A stretch of 64,000 nucleotides of DNA from Scyliorhinus canicula (Eukaryota). A program made the translations under genes and the position numbers. The notes below the pieces were generated by a model. That model was not told the origin of the DNA. It saw only the letters and a list, made by a program, of their open reading frames with translations, and did no database searches. Positions within the stretch are counted from its first letter, which is position 1. Every line of letters begins with the position of its first letter. Location of the stretch: positions 151,051,050 to 151,115,049 of the forward strand of contig NC_052151.1 in assembly GCF_902713615.1 (NCBI RefSeq), given 5' to 3'. Of the stretch, positions 59,000 to 64,000 are shown piece after piece.

Positions 59000-61900
59000 A
59001 ATCAGACACCAAAATAACTGTAATCTGTAAAATTGCATTCTGTTTGCTTGTATCCAATCTTTGTGTGTGGATGCATGAATGAGACAGAGTATGTGAAACG
59101 TTGGGTTTAATTTGGGGTAAATGTGAGAATAAATAACCTTCTTTATTTTAAGCTCATCAAGCTTGCAGCTGTATTATTTTATAGGAATGTACATTACAAG
59201 GATAAAACATACTTCCTTCCATAAAAACATAATGATTATGGATAGTAACCAAATACTTAACAGAATTGGGTGCTGCTGCCATAATTTAAATCCATGGGAG
59301 CAAATCTGACTTTAAAAGATATTTGGAAGAGAAAATAAATGGTCATAGCCAATATTGTTGAAACCAAAACAAAGGAATTAAAGCAGTAAGCTTTATGAAT
59401 ACTAACAATAAAAATAAAGATAGCTGGCATTGATGTTAAGTATTAATGCAACAGGAGGAATTAACTTGGGCTAAATTAACATACTTAACCATAGAACAGT
59501 TAACAGACATTGCTTAGCAGGTAAAAATTAATATATGGCATACAAATCAGAAGCCCAAGGTATTAAATATGCTGGCTGAATATCATGGCCGCGTTTCAGA
59601 TACAGAACAGGTAGAGGATCTGGAACCCGAAACAAACCAGGTTACCATAGCAGAAATTCACCATGGAAGAGCAGCGACTAGCGTGAGAATTCCAGGAAAA
59701 GAGAAAGAACACAAGCAGGTGGCAATTCTAAGAGGGAGGGGTGAAGGAGAGCTTTCCAGCTAGGGAAACTGGAGAAATAATTACAGGTATGAAAAGAAGA
59801 TAAGAAACTAAGACAGATTGTAACAGCCTGGGAGAACTTAACTTTATCTAGTTGAAGGGCGGGGGACACACTGGTATTTCAAATAACCCTAGCTCTGAAA
59901 CAAGTTGTAATTTCTTTTTTTTTTAAATTTAGATTACCCAATTATTTTTTCCAATTAAGGGGCAATTTAGCGTGGCCAATCCACCTACTCTGCACATTTT
60001 TGGGTACCTCATTTTTCGAACCTGGGACCTCAGCGCCGTGAAGTTGTAATTTCTTAAAGTATTCACGACGAGTGCCGAGTTTGAAATGGGGACAGGGAAA
60101 TCTTCAGCCTTCGAGAAGCTGATAGATCAATTGAAGTGGCCTGGGAAGTCAGGACAAGTCTCCTGATGCAAAGTCAATTAAAGGGGAAAGCCTGCATGAT
60201 CTATTCCCTGTTACTGCTGACAGTCTGCCAATTATGAACGAAGGCTACAGTTGTAAGTGTCAATGAATTCAGACTGGAGATGTATCACCAACAATTCTGA
60301 AACTTGAGTAAAAAATCCATAGAAACCTTCCATGAATTAGCTACCATTTGACTGGTTGGTGTGAGCTCCAAAAATCTGACCTCACCTACAAGTTGTTAAG
60401 AGAAATCCTACTGCTGGAGTTCAAAATTTGCCTTCCATACAACTTTAAAACTTACCAGAGGAACAAAGGGTTTCAAAACTCAGAAAAGCAGCTATTACGG
60501 CTGATAACTACAAACTAACCTATAAACTTCTAACCCAAAACAAATTTGGATCTGTTAACCGGCTAGGGAGAGATAAGTTAGAGGAAGTGGGATCAGAAAT
60601 AGACTCAAAAGGAAAGGAGAGTAGAGAAGACAAGGTAGAGCGATCCTCAACTTTTAATCAGAGCGGCATTGAAGGGAGACCAGCCAGGCCCCTCCTTGTG
60701 TGTTTCCAAAGTGGAAAGACCAGACACAGCAAAGAAAGCTTGTTCCCCAAAAGACCAACCAGGGGAGCTACAGACAGAATCATATAAGTAGCCTTGAAGG
60801 GACCGAGCCTAGACACAAATGTAGCAGCAGACCTGTCAAGGTTTCCGGCACAAAGGGAAAAATGATTCTTTTGGCATCACAAACTTGGAGAAAAAAAACA
60901 TTTTTAGAGATACGGGGGGGGGGGGGGGGGTCTTCAAACACTGATATGGCGACGGTTGCCGAGATGTCACCCAAATGCAAAACACAGTTAGGGTTTGAAG
61001 GTTCCACTATTAAAAATAAACTTACAACATCAGTTAGTCATCAGCGTTGTGACGTTCGGAGTTGTTCCAAGAATACACATATTTGGGGGGGGGAGAGGAT
61101 GTAGATTTATTGCGAGGAAATGACAGTGGAATGCTCATCTGGGAGAGCTGAAAAAGTCCCCAAGATTCTACAGGAAGGCAATAGGGCAAATAAGGATCAA
61201 GGAAACAGGAAAACCAGAAGCCTGCAGAGGCTAGGTCAGAGGCTATTAAGGTAAAGGGGGTCAAAGTGAAATCGTAGGAACTGAAGATGACAAAATCAGG
61301 CAAGTAGAATCTGTAGAGGCCGAGGCAAGGTTAGGCCAAGGGTCTGCTTATCAGACAACTAATTGAAGGATTTAATTAGGGACAGAGAAAGTTCACAGAC
61401 CAGCAGACAGCAAATGAGGGAGAAATGTCAGAGGGAAGTGCAGTGGAAGCTAGCCAGACTAGGATCCCAGAAGGCATGAGGCAGACTGGGGACAAACCCA
61501 TCTCCAAGTTAAAGCGAAATCCACTGTAGAATGAACAACATTTGTGAAAGGCACAAAGAAGGTACAAGTGCAGTTAAAGGGGCATTGGCCACCAAATAAC
61601 CACAGGACCCGGTTCAAACCCTAAATCCACCTAAACCCAACAGTTCAGCTTCCAAATCCACTGACGACAAGGTACAATGGGAAAAGTCACACACCTCGAA
61701 GAGATTTTTTGAAAAAATATACCACACACCATCATCCCAGAAGCAAGAATCATCAATCAATCAGAATTTAAGTTGTCAAACCTAAAGTTTGTGGAATCGA
61801 GCATTAAAGGGTTCAGAACTTGCAAGGCAACAAGTAACATAACGATTTACATACGGCATGCTTTGAAGCAGAAACCTGACTGCTCCCCGGCAGCCAGCGT

Positions 61901-62350
61901 CAACTTGCACTAACTGCAAAAGGGATTGAGAAACACATGTCGATTGTTGTTAGTCCCCGAAACCTTCAGATATTAATGAACCCTACCAGGTAATATATAA
62001 TTTTGTATTTTAAGAAAAAGGAGATGACCATTATGAAGTGTAGAAGTATTAGATTACAAAATGTGTGCAGAATGTAGGTGTATTTTCTCCTGCTTCAGAG
62101 AAAGCATGTAAAAAAAAGGTAATCAAAATTCAACGTTGTTTACTTGTGGTCGGAGCCTCATCATTCCCAGCACCAGCAAAATTATTCTCAACTTCAAACT
62201 AATTTTAGGTCTTTAAAAACTGGAAAAAAGTTTGGAAAAATGCCCACCCAAGGTTAGCTGACTACTTCTGCCCATTAAAACCAGTCCCCATCTCAAGAGG
62301 GAATCAAAGAATATTCCAATCTGATGTAAGTCAATACCCTCCCTGAAATC
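59000..62350 (+). mobile_element. Degraded Gypsy (Gmr1-like, SCAN-like gag) LTR retrotransposon remnant; boundaries approximate
   Basis: Around 60130-60500, remnant W...QSQLKGKA..YSLL..NYE and LREILLLEF gag-like motifs; LTR-like AATAAA segment near 59130; SINE fragment at ~59917-60040 with TSD AAGTTGTAATTTCTT. Confidence 0.5.
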
Positions 62351-63049
62351 AATCAAAAAAGTATCAGACTTGAATGGTTCATTCTAAAATAACGACATTG
62401 AGCGAAATTCTCGGTTTGTTCTCCCGCTGGAGATGAGTTGCACCTGATTTGCCCTTCTGCTGGTGGGTGCGCAAATGAGGAAGCAATTCCCAATCCTTCG
62501 TCATGCAAATTTATGCATAGCAAGGACTGCAAGGAATTCCCTAGGGAATCCTGCTCTAGGGCCACCAATTTAGCAGGCGGCCCGATAACGAGGTCCAAAA
62601 GCTGGCCACCTACTGCCCTCTCTCTCTTCCCCCCCCCCCCCCCCCCCCCCCCCACCCCCCCCCCCCTCCAAACAGCTGTGCAATTCAGCCCCCCACCCTG
62701 ACTTCTATATCCCCACTAGAGACCCCTAATAAAGGGACCCAGACCCAGAGAGCCCCCTATATAAAGGGACCCAGAGAGACCACTCCCTCCTACAGACCCC
62801 CCCCCCCCCCCCCCCCCCCCCCCTTGCCCCAGAAGAGAGATGGAAGGAATTACCGCAATGTTTATAAACATCAAGTTATCATTGACAGATCCTGGACCAC
62901 CAAAATGAAAAGTACTTTCCAATCATCTCCACGCTCGAGTGACTTTGAAGTGGTCAGTTGGAAATTGCCAGCACGTAACTCTGTTTGAAGTGGTCCTAAA
63001 CCTGCCAATGAAAGCGTTTCCGATGACGGCAGGCGGGAGGCAGCCGCAC

Positions 63050-64000
63050 ACTGGAGGGCTCCCGCTCGGGAATAGAAATTTTGTGGTTTTAACGCCCGGT
63101 CCCAGGGGCAATGGAGGCTGAAAAAGCTGTAAGAAGGCATAGGGAGGAGAAATGTCCAAGCATGGGAAAAAAACAGGCGTGAAAAAGAGGGTTAATGAAA
63201 GTCCGCCAGTGAGTGGAAAAGTCAGCGCAGGAACTGTAAGGAAAGCGGAGGCTGGAGCACCAGGGCAGGCCACATCGCTCACAGCAGAACAAATGACCAA
63301 AGTGATGGTTATGGAACTTGGTAAAACAGTTCATAAAGCACATGGAAGCGATGAAGAAGGAGATGGGGGCGGTATTGAAAGTGCCGGTGGAGGAGGCGAT
63401 TGCCCCGGTGTGGGCGGTGGTGTCAAGCGCAGCGACAGAGGTACAGGAGCAAGGTGAGACACTGAAGGAAGTGGAAGAGGTATTATCGAAGCACAGTGAT
63501 CAACTCACCTCGATGGGGAAGGAGTTGCGGAAGGTGACAGAGACCAACAAGGGTCTGCGAGCCAAAATGGAAGATCTGGAAAACAGATCCAGGTGGCAGA
63601 ATCTGAGGATCGTGGGTCTGCCCGAAGGGGTGGAAGGCCCGAAGCTGACGGAGTACTCTGCCACGATATTGGCGGAACTATTGGGGGAGGGGGACGATCC
63701 CTCCCGATATGAACTGGATTGGGCTCATTGGTCATGGAGGCCTATAGCAAAGGCGAGTGAGCCACCAAGAGTAGTAACTGTGTGTTTCCATAGGTACATG
63801 GTGAAGGAGAAGGTCCTGTGCTGGGCAAAGCAGAAGCTGGTGGTGCAGTGGGCTGGAGCTGGTATACGCATATACCAGGACTTTACGGTGGTGCTGGCGA
63901 GGAGGCGGGCTGCCTTCAGCCGGGTGAAGAAGGCACTGTGCATCAGCAAGGTGCAGTGTGGCATAGTATATCCAGCTAAATTGAGGGGGACCTACAAATC
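63050..64000 (+). mobile_element. L1-clade LINE 5' end and ORF1 (frameshifted), continuing past right edge
   Basis: ATG at 63152; coiled-coil region, then EDLENRSRWQNLRIVGLPEGVEG and IRIYQDFT motifs. Confidence 0.85.

Overview
Eukaryotic, repeat-rich vertebrate DNA. The HE1/V-SINE-like SINEs, CR1 with TTCTATG tails, L1/Tx1 and Penelope elements point to a cartilaginous fish, probably a catshark-like species. Three host genes lie in the same arrangement as in human. CPSF3 (minus, exons 1-6) runs off the left edge. It is head-to-head, across a very short bidirectional promoter, with ITGB1BP1/ICAP1 (plus, complete 200-aa CDS in 6 coding exons). ITGB1BP1 is tail-to-tail with ASAP2 (minus, last five coding exons, including the SH3 domain). 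Introns are filled with nested transposable elements. Most notable observations: (1) an intronless C-terminal ATAD5 cDNA fused directly to class-I endogenous retrovirus pol, PPT and 3'LTR remnants, an apparent retroviral capture of a host gene; (2) a young CR1 LINE whose intact ORF2 has no usable AUG and overlaps ORF1 at a U_UUA_AAC slippery heptamer, suggesting a -1 ribosomal frameshift; (3) minimal hammerhead-ribozyme motifs in Penelope-type repeats; (4) a fresh hAT element with an unusually AT-rich interior; (5) a 156-bp near-perfect direct repeat bracketing the ITGB1BP1 start-codon exon; (6) a SINE-unique-SINE cassette inside a single TSD. All homology calls are from recall of known protein and repeat families, not from database searches.
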